Assembly: GCA_963817895.1 (NCBI GenBank)
Contig: CAWFQB010000003.1
Coordinates: 96,001 to 160,000, forward strand
Direction of reading: 5' to 3'
DNA: 64,000 nucleotides
Origin: an uncultured Chthonomonadaceae bacterium
GTDB taxonomy: Bacteria; Armatimonadota; Chthonomonadetes; Chthonomonadales; Chthonomonadaceae
This document shows, piece after piece, positions 1 through 9,758 of the stretch. The translations under genes and the position numbers were made by a program. The stretch's first letter is position 1. Each line of letters starts with the position of its first letter. The notes beneath the pieces were generated by a model. The model saw only the letters and a program-made list of their open reading frames with translations. It was not told the DNA's origin and did no database searches.

Positions 1-708
1 GCGCCTGTACATAACTTTGAATCCGAGGACGCTAATCAGAACGCGGCGAAAATGGTGTTCTTCGAGATGTGCGTGCCGATTGAGGAACTGGCGCGACGGG
101 GGCCGCGCACCCTTGCCTTCGGCCCGATGAAGCCTGTCGGCCTGAGCGACCCACGCACGGGGCGGCGTCCTTATGCTGTTGTGCAGCTGCGGCAGGAGAA
201 CAAAGAGGGGACATTGTGGGGGCTGGTGGGCTTCCAAACCCGGCTGAAATGGGGCGAGCAGAAGCGTATTTTGCAGATGATACCGGGTCTGGAAAACGCT
301 GAATTCGTCCGCTTTGGCGTGATGCACCGCAACACCTACGTCAACGCCCCGCGCCTGCTCGATTTGACGTGCCAACTGCGCGAACATCCGGGCATTTTCC
401 TTGCCGGACAAATGACGGGCGTAGAGGGCTATCTCGAATCCGCCGCTATCGGCATCTTGGCGGGACTGAACGCGCATCGGCAGCGCGTGGGATTGCCGCC
501 TGCCATTCCGCCCCGCGAGTCCGTGCTTGGTTCGCTGTGCTATTACCTCGTGGAAACCGACCCGAAACACTTCTCGCCCATGAACAGCAACTGGGGCGTT
601 GTGCCGGAACTGCCCGGCCCCGTAGTGCGCGACAAGCGGGAAAAAGCAAGATTGAAGGGCGTCCGCGCTCTGTCCGCGTTTGACGATTTTCTGGCGACGC
701 TGAGATAA
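1..708 (+). CDS. trmFO: Folate/FAD-dependent tRNA m5U54 methyltransferase TrmFO (5'-truncated by window edge)
   Basis: Frame is open from base 1; motifs TLAFGPMKPVGL, VGFQTRLKWGEQ, FVRFGVMHRNTY and LAGQMTGVEGYLESAA are typical of the TrmFO/Gid C-terminal half. Confidence 0.95.
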   Translation, partial: APVHNFESEDANQNAAKMVFFEMCVPIEELARRGPRTLAFGPMKPVGLSDPRTGRRPYAVVQLRQENKEGTLWGLVGFQTRLKWGEQKRILQMIPGLENAEFVRFGVMHRNTYVNAPRLLDLTCQLREHPGIFLAGQMTGVEGYLESAAIGILAGLNAHRQRVGLPPAIPPRESVLGSLCYYLVETDPKHFSPMNSNWGVVPELPGPVVRDKREKARLKGVRALSAFDDFLATLR

Positions 709-813
709 ACTTCCTGAAACAAACCGGGAGTGGCGGCTGTCTTCCGCGCAATGATGCAGGCGAATGCCGGTATTCGCATTTGCCTGCATTTCTGTGCCGG
801 AGGAACTCCCCGA

Positions 814-1461
814 GTGAATTTAGATCGCCAGATATTTATAGAATTCAATGAACGGTTGCACAACAGCGTTTTCGACGCCATTCTGCCCATTCTCACTAAC
901 GCGCTGCAATACCCGCTGTTCTGGCTGTTGATGCTGCCTCTCGCGTGGCTCTTATGGGCGCGGGGCGGCAAACAGGACCGAACGGTTCTCGCTCTTCTGA
1001 TTGTCATGCTGCCGGTTGTCAATACGGTCAGCAGTCATGTTCTCAAACCGTTGCTTCCCCGTCCGCGCCCCAGCGCCGTTCTCATCGTAGATGGCAAAGA
1101 AGAGTCGGTCGTACCCGGCGCGCGTCTGCCGGCGCACTGGAAACCGCTCGGCACGTCCTCATTCCCGTCCTCCCATTCCGCTGTTACCGCCGCTGCCGCC
1201 GTTATTCTCCTCTGGGGGTATCGCCGCCGAACCCGTCTTGCGTGGCTTGCGCTGCTGTTGCCGCTTACCATCGGCTACTCGCGGGTGTATGTGGGGGTTC
1301 ACTATCCCTCCGATGTGCTGGCCGGATGGACGCTCGGCTTTGCCCTGACCTCTCTGGTATGCTATCTGGTTGGGCGACAGCAACAAAATGCGTCTTCACC
1401 ACAGAGACACAGAGACACAGAGGGGTTACAGAGAAAAGGAGAGGAGGAGATCACGCATTAA
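814..1461 (+). CDS. PAP2-family membrane phosphatase (undecaprenyl-PP/lipid phosphatase-like)
   Basis: Motifs KxxxxRPRP, SFPSSH and SRVYVGVHYPSDV; TM segments; start moved to GTG 814 after GGAGG. Confidence 0.88.
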   Translation: MNLDRQIFIEFNERLHNSVFDAILPILTNALQYPLFWLLMLPLAWLLWARGGKQDRTVLALLIVMLPVVNTVSSHVLKPLLPRPRPSAVLIVDGKEESVVPGARLPAHWKPLGTSSFPSSHSAVTAAAAVILLWGYRRRTRLAWLALLLPLTIGYSRVYVGVHYPSDVLAGWTLGFALTSLVCYLVGRQQQNASSPQRHRDTEGLQRKGEEEITH

Positions 1462-1529
1462 ATGTACTCGCTTCCTCTCTTTTTGTTTTCCTCTGTGACC
1501 CCTCTGTGTCTCTGTGTCTCTGTGGTGAA
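1395..1529. repeat. REP-like inverted repeat pair (CACCACAGAGACACAGAG type) between convergent genes
   Basis: 1395-1433 matches the reverse complement of 1491-1529 at 38/39 nt; the left arm encodes the PAP2 C-terminal tail SPQRHRDTEG. Confidence 0.85.
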
Positions 1530-1534
1530 AGAAT

Positions 1535-2437
1535 TTACCCCCCCTTCGCCACTTGCAGCAAGCCCTCCGCCGCTTTGAACTGTATGGCGAGTTCCTTCTT
1601 GACGCTTTCCCACGCGGCTTCATCGAAGGCGAGCCACTCCGCCACTTCAGGGTCGAGCGCGCCGGGCTGCGTGTGTTCCGATGTTTTGTAACCGCACTCC
1701 CATGCCAGCCACTCCCCCGCATGAACAATCAGCACCAGTTCCGAAATCTCTTTATAGCGCATGGGGTCGTGATGCCCGCCCATGATGGATACCAGATGCT
1801 GCGGAAAATTCCAGTGTTCGCCGATGCGCCGCCCCACAGTAGCATGGTCGAGCCCCAGCACCATGAGTTCGGCGTCACGGGCCGATTTGGATTCGCGAAC
1901 GGCAAAAGCCATCGCGACGGCGTACTGAACGGGAAAATAGCTGTCCAGAAATAATGCGCCCACATCGTGCAACAGACCGCCGACAAATGCCTCTTCGCCC
2001 GCGCTGCGCACTTTGGGCAGGCGTTTTTTGCCGATGATGTTGCCCGCGATTCCCGTTGCCACAGAGTGTTCCCAGAACTGCGTCCGGTTCAGGCCGTAGG
2101 GCATGCTTTTCTGACTGAGCAGCCCGAAAGCGGAAACGCCCAGCACCAGATTGCGCACCGTGTTGTAGCCCAGAATTACAATCGCTTGCGTCAGTGTGCT
2201 GATGCGCTTGGGAAAGCCGTAATAGGCCGAGTTGACGATGCGCAACACTTTGGACGCTAGCCCCTGATCCATAGAAATCAGGCGGTTGAGTTCCTCGGAA
2301 GAGGTATCCGGGTTATTGATCGTCTCCATGATACGCGCTACGACTGCCGGCAAAGGAGGCAGGTCCGCCAGCTTTTTCTCCAGTGTCTGGTTGAAAACCG
2401 TACGGTCAATACGTATTGATTTTATATCAGGCGGCAT
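1535..2437 (-). CDS. HDOD-domain signal transduction protein
   Basis: Motifs LPPLP, DQGLASKVLRIVNSAYYG, FWEHS, GLLHDVG and LGLDHATVG. Confidence 0.93.
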   Translation of the reverse strand: MPPDIKSIRIDRTVFNQTLEKKLADLPPLPAVVARIMETINNPDTSSEELNRLISMDQGLASKVLRIVNSAYYGFPKRISTLTQAIVILGYNTVRNLVLGVSAFGLLSQKSMPYGLNRTQFWEHSVATGIAGNIIGKKRLPKVRSAGEEAFVGGLLHDVGALFLDSYFPVQYAVAMAFAVRESKSARDAELMVLGLDHATVGRRIGEHWNFPQHLVSIMGGHHDPMRYKEISELVLIVHAGEWLAWECGYKTSEHTQPGALDPEVAEWLAFDEAAWESVKKELAIQFKAAEGLLQVAKGG

Positions 2438-2491
2438 AAGCCTTCTCATCCTCCCCTGCGGCAACGGCCATAATTGTCGAACGCATATCTA

Positions 2492-2519
2492 TATTCGGAC
2501 GCGCGGGGAAACAACTTTA
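2492..2519 (-). promoter_or_regulatory. Candidate sigma28 (FliA/SigD)-type promoter for the HDOD gene
   Basis: Minus strand TAAAGTTG-N12-TCCGAATA resembles TAAAGTTT-N11-GCCGATAA. Confidence 0.4.
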
Positions 2520-2743
2520 GAGAACTTCAGAGAACTTTTGAAGGGCGGCAGGAAAGCCGCAATAGCATGAAGAATGAACATTGCTGTTCGCGAGGCTGTC
2601 AATGAAACGATAAACACGCCCCGTAATCATGCGGTATTTGCATGAATTATGCTATTTATGTCAAAATTCGCTGTCACAAACGTTCGTATTTTCTCGTTGC
2701 TGTGGAATAATAGAACCATACAGCGGCGGATTAAGAGGTTATT

Positions 2744-5287
2744 ATGATCAACCTGCCTGAAGAAGTGTCCCGTTCCCTGCGCGGCGCGACACAATCTGCC
2801 GATAGTAAACCACAGCTAAAAACGGGGCCGCGATTGCGGCCCAAACCCTATAGAAAGCAAGCAAATACCGTTCGATGGTTCGCGCAGGCCATTGTATTAA
2901 CGGCAAGCGCACTCGGGACGCGCGCTATTTTGCCCCACACAGCAATGGCAAACACAACGCTTCCTGTCAAAGAAGACAGGCTCATTATTGCCCGCCCCGC
3001 CGGCAAAACGACATCCAGGCGGGTTCAGCGTCAATCGGCGCGCGTAGATGTCCGCCGCGCCCCTTCCACCCGCGCTTTGTTTCAGTATCGGCGCGACGAT
3101 ACCACGCCGAATAAAGTAACCCTTGTGCAGATAGACGCGGCGAAGCAGGCGGCAACGCCGGTCAGTCCGAATATCTTCGGCAACTTTATCGAGCATCTCG
3201 GCGGCGTGGTCTATCAGGCGCTCTGGTCACAGATTTTGCTCAACCCGAACTTGGAGCGCATCGAAGCCCGCGATATCCTGCCCAATGCCTGGCAGAAATC
3301 GGGCGCGGCCACCTGGCAGGCGGACGGTTTCAAGTCGCCCATGTACATGCGGCTCGGCCCGGATACGAAGAAGACCACTTCCTCGGGATTTCTGCCGGAC
3401 AGCAGACTGGCCGCGCCGGTCGCAAGGTTATCCGTCGCGAGTGGCGGCAACGTCGAAAGCGCGGGGCAACAGCGCAAATCGGGTTCCGTATTGCAGATCG
3501 GCTGGAAGCAATCTGTATCCCGTCCTGCCACGCTATGGCAGCACGTTTCCCTGCCCGCGCAGCGAGTCACGCATTATAATGTAACGCTTGTAGCGCGCGC
3601 CCCAATGGGAACCGGCAAGATTCGAGTCACGCTGGCGCGGGAACAGGAAACAGAAGAGGAGAAGAGGAGAAGAGGAGAAGAGGAGAAAGCAGCAACCCTA
3701 TCAACTCTCAACTCTCAACTCTCAACTACATTTGCGGTGACGCAAACGAACTGGCAGGCGTTTCGCTGTACCCTTGTCGTGCCGAAATCGGCTACGCCGG
3801 AAGAGAATCTGTGGCGTTTTATGATTGCGCATGAGGACGGGCAGGCGGTAGACGTGGATCAGGTGGAGATGCTGCCGAGCGACAGCATGGACGGGTTCGA
3901 CCCGGAAGTTGTGGGCCGAACAAAAGTGTGGGGCGTTCCGCTGTTGCGCTATCCGGGCGGCAATTTCGCCAGCGGCTACAACTGGCAGGACGGGGTTGGC
4001 CCTCACGCGAATCGCCCGACTCGACGCAACCCGGCGTGGGGCGGCGTGGAACCCAACCATGTCGGCACGAACGAGTTTATGACGTTTGCCCGACTGGTGG
4101 GCGCGACGCCGCAACTGACCGTCAATGCGGGGGACGGAACGCCGCAGGAGGCCGCCGAGTGGGTGCGCTACTGTAACGCGCCCGCCGCTAACGATAAATG
4201 GGGCCGGATGCGGGCGGCGAACGGCGCGACAAAACCGTTCGGCGTGAAAATCTGGGAAGTGGGCAACGAACTGTACGGCGGCTGGCAGATCGGACACGCG
4301 GAAGCGCAGGATAACGCCAACCGTTTCGTGAAATTCCGCGACGCCATGCTTCAGGCCGACCCGACGCTGCGCCTGATCGCGACCGGAAAGGGCGACGAGT
4401 TCACGCCCACAGGCCAGAAGCGCGACGATGCGTGGAACGACGCGCTGTTGCAAGCCGCGGCAAAAGACGGCGGACAGGCGCCCGACTGGATTTCGCTGCA
4501 TCCTCTCGTTCCCCTGCCGGATTACGCGAAGGGCGCGACGTATGACGAACAGTTGGAAAGCGCCCTTGCGCATCCGACCTATTTGGATAACACGCTGATA
4601 CCAGACGTAATCGGCCACATTGAGGCCGTTGAGGGTAAACACGCGCACACTCGTATCGCGATTACGGAGTGGGGAATCATTGTTGGCGGCAGGGAGTGGG
4701 AAAGCGGCCCGAACCATGACACGCTTTCGGGAGCCATTTACAACGCTCTAGCCCTGAACGCTATGCTGCGCAACAGCGATTGGGTGACGCTGGCGAACAT
4801 GACCGCGCTGCTGCACGGCGGCGGCATTAAAAAGTGGGAAGGCATCGTGTACGTGGACCCGCAGTATTACACGCAGCAGATGTATACGCTGGCCCATCCC
4901 CACGCGCCGATTGCCACGACGACAACAGGGCCGGGAAGCGATGTGCCTGCGCGGGGGCAAATGCCCGCCGTGAAAGACGCGCCGGATGTCGACGTGTTCG
5001 CCGCCCGAACGCAAAACCATCGGAAACTGGTCGTGTTCGCCGTCAACCGTCACCGGAGCGAAGCCCGCGCCTTGCGCCTGCAAGTGGATCATTTCCAGAC
5101 GCAAGGGGTTTCGGCCACCCTGCTGACCGCCGATAACCCGCAGGCGCGTAATACATTGGCCTCGCCCAATGCCGTAGAACCGCGCCCGATGGAGGTTCCC
5201 GCGTGGCCGACCGAACCCGGAACCGACTGGCAAATCAGCATCCCGCCCCATTCGCTGGTTGTTCTGACATTGGAGGGGAAAGGTTAA
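2744..5287 (+). CDS. Secreted GH51 alpha-L-arabinofuranosidase-like glycoside hydrolase
   Basis: Motifs FGNFIEHLG, LRYPGGNF, WEVGNE (acid/base) and IAITEWG (nucleophile); C-terminal beta-sandwich; start uncertain. Confidence 0.9.
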   Translation: MINLPEEVSRSLRGATQSADSKPQLKTGPRLRPKPYRKQANTVRWFAQAIVLTASALGTRAILPHTAMANTTLPVKEDRLIIARPAGKTTSRRVQRQSARVDVRRAPSTRALFQYRRDDTTPNKVTLVQIDAAKQAATPVSPNIFGNFIEHLGGVVYQALWSQILLNPNLERIEARDILPNAWQKSGAATWQADGFKSPMYMRLGPDTKKTTSSGFLPDSRLAAPVARLSVASGGNVESAGQQRKSGSVLQIGWKQSVSRPATLWQHVSLPAQRVTHYNVTLVARAPMGTGKIRVTLAREQETEEEKRRRGEEEKAATLSTLNSQLSTTFAVTQTNWQAFRCTLVVPKSATPEENLWRFMIAHEDGQAVDVDQVEMLPSDSMDGFDPEVVGRTKVWGVPLLRYPGGNFASGYNWQDGVGPHANRPTRRNPAWGGVEPNHVGTNEFMTFARLVGATPQLTVNAGDGTPQEAAEWVRYCNAPAANDKWGRMRAANGATKPFGVKIWEVGNELYGGWQIGHAEAQDNANRFVKFRDAMLQADPTLRLIATGKGDEFTPTGQKRDDAWNDALLQAAAKDGGQAPDWISLHPLVPLPDYAKGATYDEQLESALAHPTYLDNTLIPDVIGHIEAVEGKHAHTRIAITEWGIIVGGREWESGPNHDTLSGAIYNALALNAMLRNSDWVTLANMTALLHGGGIKKWEGIVYVDPQYYTQQMYTLAHPHAPIATTTTGPGSDVPARGQMPAVKDAPDVDVFAARTQNHRKLVVFAVNRHRSEARALRLQVDHFQTQGVSATLLTADNPQARNTLASPNAVEPRPMEVPAWPTEPGTDWQISIPPHSLVVLTLEGKG

Positions 5288-5366
5288 GGGTTGAGGGTTG
5301 AGGATCATTGACACCAAACCGCGCTCTATTGCTCATTTGCCAGGCGCGCGGTTTCTATCTGCATCA

Positions 5367-5732
5367 CTAAGGAAGACGCGTAATCACCACCCGCCCGCCA
5401 TCCTTGAATTCAATCAGCACTTCGTAGCCATCCAAAAGTGATGTGCCGAGCAGAGGTATGCCTTCGGCTTCTAAAACATCAACGTTGCGCTCTGCGCCAT
5501 CCCAGAGTATCACGGCTTTGTGAACAGCCATCAGAGTGGTACTGCCATCTGCCAGCGTTGCAGGACGGTAGTGGTCCAATGGCAAGCCAAGCGCGGCAAT
5601 AGCGGCAGACGGCAGCGTGAGTTGGCCCGTAAACCCGGTATCCAGCGCGACATCAGCATTGCCCTGAATACTCACGCCGCGTATGGTGAGCATCAGCAAC
5701 GCGTGTCTGCCGGAAACCATACCCTGCATCAT
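5367..5732 (-). CDS. Small clan AA (retropepsin-like) aspartyl protease
   Basis: LDTGF catalytic motif, ATLADG flap and PLLG; 121 aa. Confidence 0.85.
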   Translation of the reverse strand: MMQGMVSGRHALLMLTIRGVSIQGNADVALDTGFTGQLTLPSAAIAALGLPLDHYRPATLADGSTTLMAVHKAVILWDGAERNVDVLEAEGIPLLGTSLLDGYEVLIEFKDGGRVVITRLP

Positions 5733-6016
5733 TGTTTTACTCTCCGAGGCCCACTGCCAAACCCATCAACGGCCTCGTAACCAATACGCAACGCGCAAAA
5801 AACAGCGTTCGGATGTCGCTGGCGCAGGCGTTCACTGGCGGCTACGCCCACATCGTCTATTTCGTAGTCGCCGGTATCTGCATCAATCATGATGATTTTG
5901 CCGTCATAGACATTCTCCACCTGCGCGCGGATGTGCTGCTCGTATAAATTCTTGACCCGCTTGTAAATCTCTTCAGGACTATTTTGCGTGACAGCCACGA
6001 CGACACTCCTTTCCAA
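5729..6016 (-). CDS. Small hypothetical protein coupled to the aspartyl protease (DUF5678-like)
   Basis: Stop overlaps the protease start; GKIIMIDADTGDYEI...LRIG pattern seen in partners of small aspartyl proteases. Confidence 0.65.
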   Translation of the reverse strand: MERSVVVAVTQNSPEEIYKRVKNLYEQHIRAQVENVYDGKIIMIDADTGDYEIDDVGVAASERLRQRHPNAVFCALRIGYEAVDGFGSGPRRVKQ

Positions 6017-6262
6017 ATTCCGCTGGATATACGTGTTGAAACTTTACGGGTGTTGACGCGCCGCCTTCGCAACGGCAGTATACAAATCGAGGATAGACGC
6101 AGGGCAATTGCCTTAACTGCTTGTGCTGTCGCTATAACGCCGCCCCCTGCTAGCAGAAGCAGATGTTGTAGTATGATACCGCAAAATTGATTTGGGCGAA
6201 GGGTTGTAAGCAGAACAATCGCAAAGCGGTTGGTTCTCTGAACTTTATAGCGCAGAAACTAC

Positions 6263-8154
6263 TCAGGAGAGGTCGGCGCCTTCTAGCGCGTACTGGACCA
6301 CTTCCTGTAGAGACATTTCGCGCCCCACCTGCCATTCCGCTGCAAACACGTTTTTATCCAGCGCGGCGCGCGTCGCCGTGACATCCATTTGATAGTGCAT
6401 GCGCTCCGAAGGCGGCGGATGGTCAATGCCGCTTTCCCGAATGGCCTGCGCCGCTCCAAAGAGGCGCGCGGCCTTCACAGGCTGTTCCTGCTTGAGTTTC
6501 AGGGAGGCATAGCCTTCCAGCACTTCCGCAATCATGGCGGGATGGGCGACATTTCGATAGCGTTTCAGCGCAAGCCAGAAACAGTTTTCCGCTTCCGCGT
6601 AGTGGCCCTGATACATCGCGACGTCGGCCAGATTATACAGGGAGTTGGCGTAATTGGCTGCAAGCCCTAACTTTTCGCGAATGGACGCGCTTTTCTCATA
6701 GTAAATCTTCGCTCGCGCATACTGCTGCGCTTGAAATTCCAGCAAGCCCAGATTATCAAGCACTCCCGCCAGCTTGTCCTCATCTCCGATTTCCTCGAAC
6801 ATCTGCCGCGCGGTGTTGTACCGGTCCCGCGCGGTTGGCGTAGTTCTGCTCCTGCGATTTCAGATTGGCGTAACTGTTTAGCAGCGCGGCAAGTCCGTGT
6901 TTGTCCGCGCGGCTTTCTGCGGTGGCAAGCCGCTTCTCATAGATAGCGCGACTCTCCTCAAATCGCTTACGCGCCTGACGGAAATTTCCCTGATGACGCT
7001 TCAGTATCGCCATCCGCCGCAAAGCGTTCGCTACCTCGCGTTCTTGCCCCAGCCGTTTGAAAAGCGCCAGCGCCTCCCTGTACAGCCTCTCCGCCTGAGG
7101 CATATCGGCAAGCGATGCCAGTATTATCAGAGCCTGCCCGCGCCAGATGGTGGGTTTTTCCGCGCCGGGACGAGTTAGCGCGCGTTCCAGCCACTGCTGC
7201 ATTTCAAGGCGCGTGCTGCCTTCAATCGGGCGCATGGTGAGCGCAATCACGAAGCGCAGCGTGGTTTCCACATCCCCATGCTCCAGATACCACTCCAGAG
7301 CGCCTTTCAATTCCGGGAATAAAGGGCGCAACTGCTCCTCGATAGCAAAGTCGCCGTTTCGGGGAAATGTCGAAGTTGGAGTGCTTTTCCGCGCTTTCCA
7401 GCGCCATTTTGCAATAGCGTTCGGCAAAACCGCGCGCTATCGCGGCTGTATCCTGCGTTTGCCGCAAGCGTACAAACAGTTCGTTGTTGATCCGTTCCAC
7501 GCTTATCAGGCCATACGCCTGTAGACGGGATACATGCTGCTCGGCGCCGGGTTCATGACATATCTCCGCCAGGTCTTCGACAGGAACAATTCCCGGCAAT
7601 GACGCCAGGCAGGCAAGCAGTCGCTGTAGCGCAGGCTCCAGGACGATTGCCGTCATGCCCTCTTCCCCAGATGCAGGCGGTTCCGGTTCCTGCCGGACCG
7701 AACCGATTTGCGCTATATCTTCCTCAATGCCGCGCGCAAGGCGCGCGGTTTCTGTCACACGCCGTTCCGAGAACAAATTTTCTTCTCTCTGTACGCGCAT
7801 CGGGTTGGGCGCAGCCGAAACCATGTCTTCGCGTGTTTGTCGCGTCCGCGACACGCGCCCTGCGTCAGAAGACGGCTGAAAAGAGATTTTATCTTCTTCC
7901 CCTCCTTCCCGTGGAGCAGCGGGCGCAAGCGATTCGCCATTTGACAGACGGATTAATTCTTCCGGGGGAATATCAAGCGCTCTGGCGATAGCGCGCAACG
8001 TGCCGGGGCGCACTGTCTGATTCTGTTCAACGCGCCGGAGAGAGGCGATGCCGATACCGGCTTTACTGGCCGCCTGCTCTTGATTTAATTTTAGCGACTG
8101 GCGAGCAGATTTGATTCGCAAAGCCAGGTTCTCAGGTGGGGATAAAACGTTCAT
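6263..8154 (-). CDS. XRE helix-turn-helix + TPR transcriptional regulator (three ORF pieces joined by two frameshifts)
   Basis: N-terminal HTH (LNQEQAASKAGIGIASLRRVEQ); TPR helices in 6780-7427 and 6263-6802; C-terminal AARLFGAAQAIRE...GREMSL tail typical of ATPase/TPR regulators. Confidence 0.8.
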
Positions 8155-8233
8155 TGTAAGTTTAGTATACTCGCTACATCTGCGCCCCGCGAGAAATTAT
8201 TAATGAGAAATACCGACACTGCCTACTAATCAC

Positions 8234-8296
8234 TTGACTCCTTAAACTGTAAGGTGTATACTGGTGAAAACTGATTTATTAGCAAATCAATCAGTT
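8234..8296 (+). promoter_or_regulatory. Sigma70-type promoter plus downstream inverted repeat (possible operator) for the exported-protein cluster
   Basis: TTGACT-N17-TATACT (8234-8262); AACTGATT...AATCAGTT at 8269-8296. Confidence 0.65.
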
Positions 8297-8339
8297 AACT
8301 AAATTTTTATTCCGACGAACAACTGAAAGGAACACCAAA

Positions 8340-9170
8340 ATGCGTCAACTTACGCGCTACACGCTTTTTTCCTTTGCTGCCCTCGCGGTCACGAGTACGT
8401 TTCAAAGCGTGGCATTTGCTCAAGTTTACACTTCTGTCAACTTTACGAAGAACAGAAACATGCAGACTGATTTGGATTCGGCTTTTCCTGTGGGCAACTT
8501 TACGGCGAACAATACGTTTGCCACGCCCTTTCTTCTTGACAGCGACAATTCCGGTCGCAACTACTTCAATACTCTGTATCAGGCAGGTTCCAACCCGCGC
8601 GGCCTCGACATTCCTGTCAACATATTCGGCGTGACGCAGGCGTACACTCTTATCAACAACTTATATGGAGCTGTGGGGCCAACGAGTTACGCCTCTGTCG
8701 AGTTCATCGGCTCTGCGGGGGCGGACCAAAAGTTCAACTTGATTGGCAATCGGGACATTCGAGATTTTTTCAACGGTAGTTTCACAACCCTGATCAACGG
8801 CACTTCAACGAAGAATGCGTTTCAGATTACGAACACAGGGAATGCAGGAGGCAATCCGACTTTCGGAACGTACCGTCTGGACGAGCAACAGTTCATTCTT
8901 GCGCCTGCCTTTGCCACACAAACGTTGGTAGATATTCGTTGGGCGGACAATGGAGCAACGAATGTGCAGCGTACCTTTCTGGCGGGAGTAACTGTTTTCA
9001 CTCCTGCTATAACGCCTGAACCTGGCGTACTGTCCTTTCTGGCGGGTATGTTGGTAACGGGCGGGCTAATGCTGTGTCGAAGACAGAAGCTGGTAAAAGA
9101 AGCGGCAGACAAAACAAACCAGTTCCTGTCAGACAAGGGTATGGCGCAGTCACTACATCGGAGGCCATGA
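8340..9170 (+). CDS. PEP-CTERM sorting-domain surface protein
   Basis: Signal peptide (AFA/Q); C-terminal TPEPG + TM helix + RR. Confidence 0.85.
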   Translation: MRQLTRYTLFSFAALAVTSTFQSVAFAQVYTSVNFTKNRNMQTDLDSAFPVGNFTANNTFATPFLLDSDNSGRNYFNTLYQAGSNPRGLDIPVNIFGVTQAYTLINNLYGAVGPTSYASVEFIGSAGADQKFNLIGNRDIRDFFNGSFTTLINGTSTKNAFQITNTGNAGGNPTFGTYRLDEQQFILAPAFATQTLVDIRWADNGATNVQRTFLAGVTVFTPAITPEPGVLSFLAGMLVTGGLMLCRRQKLVKEAADKTNQFLSDKGMAQSLHRRP

Positions 9171-9176
9171 AAGGCA

Positions 9177-9734
9177 ATGACAACCATGAAAACCTTATCC
9201 ACTCGCTGTTCCGTGACGCTTCTCGTTGTCTCCTGTGTAGCAGCGCCTTCGCTGTCGCCTTTGCGCGGCGCGACGTTGGCGCAGTCCCATAATGGGAAGC
9301 ATAAACCCGCTGCCCATCATGCAAGCGGGCCGCTATTGGTTCGCGTTGCGGGAGCGCAATTGGCGGAAGCAAAAAAGGCGCTCGGCAAGGAACTTCCTGA
9401 GAGCGCTAATATGCCGGAGGGAGACACTATGTTCTCCGGCAGCGCCTGTGGTTGCGACAAAATCAACATCTTTGCAAACGAGAAGGGCAAGATTATCAGC
9501 GTCAGCGCCTATTTTACCCATGAACTTACCTGGCAGGAAGCCTTGAAAAAGGTAGGACTTTCTGACAAAGGCGTGACGGCTAAGGCGAGTGCCATGCCGC
9601 CCCTGCCGGATTTAACCAGGACGGAAACCACGCTTATGGGCGTTCCGGGTGTGAAACCAGGCTTTCGCGCATACTTTTACACGGAAGTACGCTCCGCCGG
9701 GGAGAATACGTACAAGTTCGTCATCGAGAAGTAA
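9177..9734 (+). CDS. Exported hypothetical protein
   Basis: Signal-peptide-like N terminus; SD AAAGG; degraded paralog at 18658-18812. Confidence 0.7.
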   Translation: MTTMKTLSTRCSVTLLVVSCVAAPSLSPLRGATLAQSHNGKHKPAAHHASGPLLVRVAGAQLAEAKKALGKELPESANMPEGDTMFSGSACGCDKINIFANEKGKIISVSAYFTHELTWQEALKKVGLSDKGVTAKASAMPPLPDLTRTETTLMGVPGVKPGFRAYFYTEVRSAGENTYKFVIEK

Positions 9735-9758
9735 GCCTCGCAGTAAGGAGGAGCCTCC

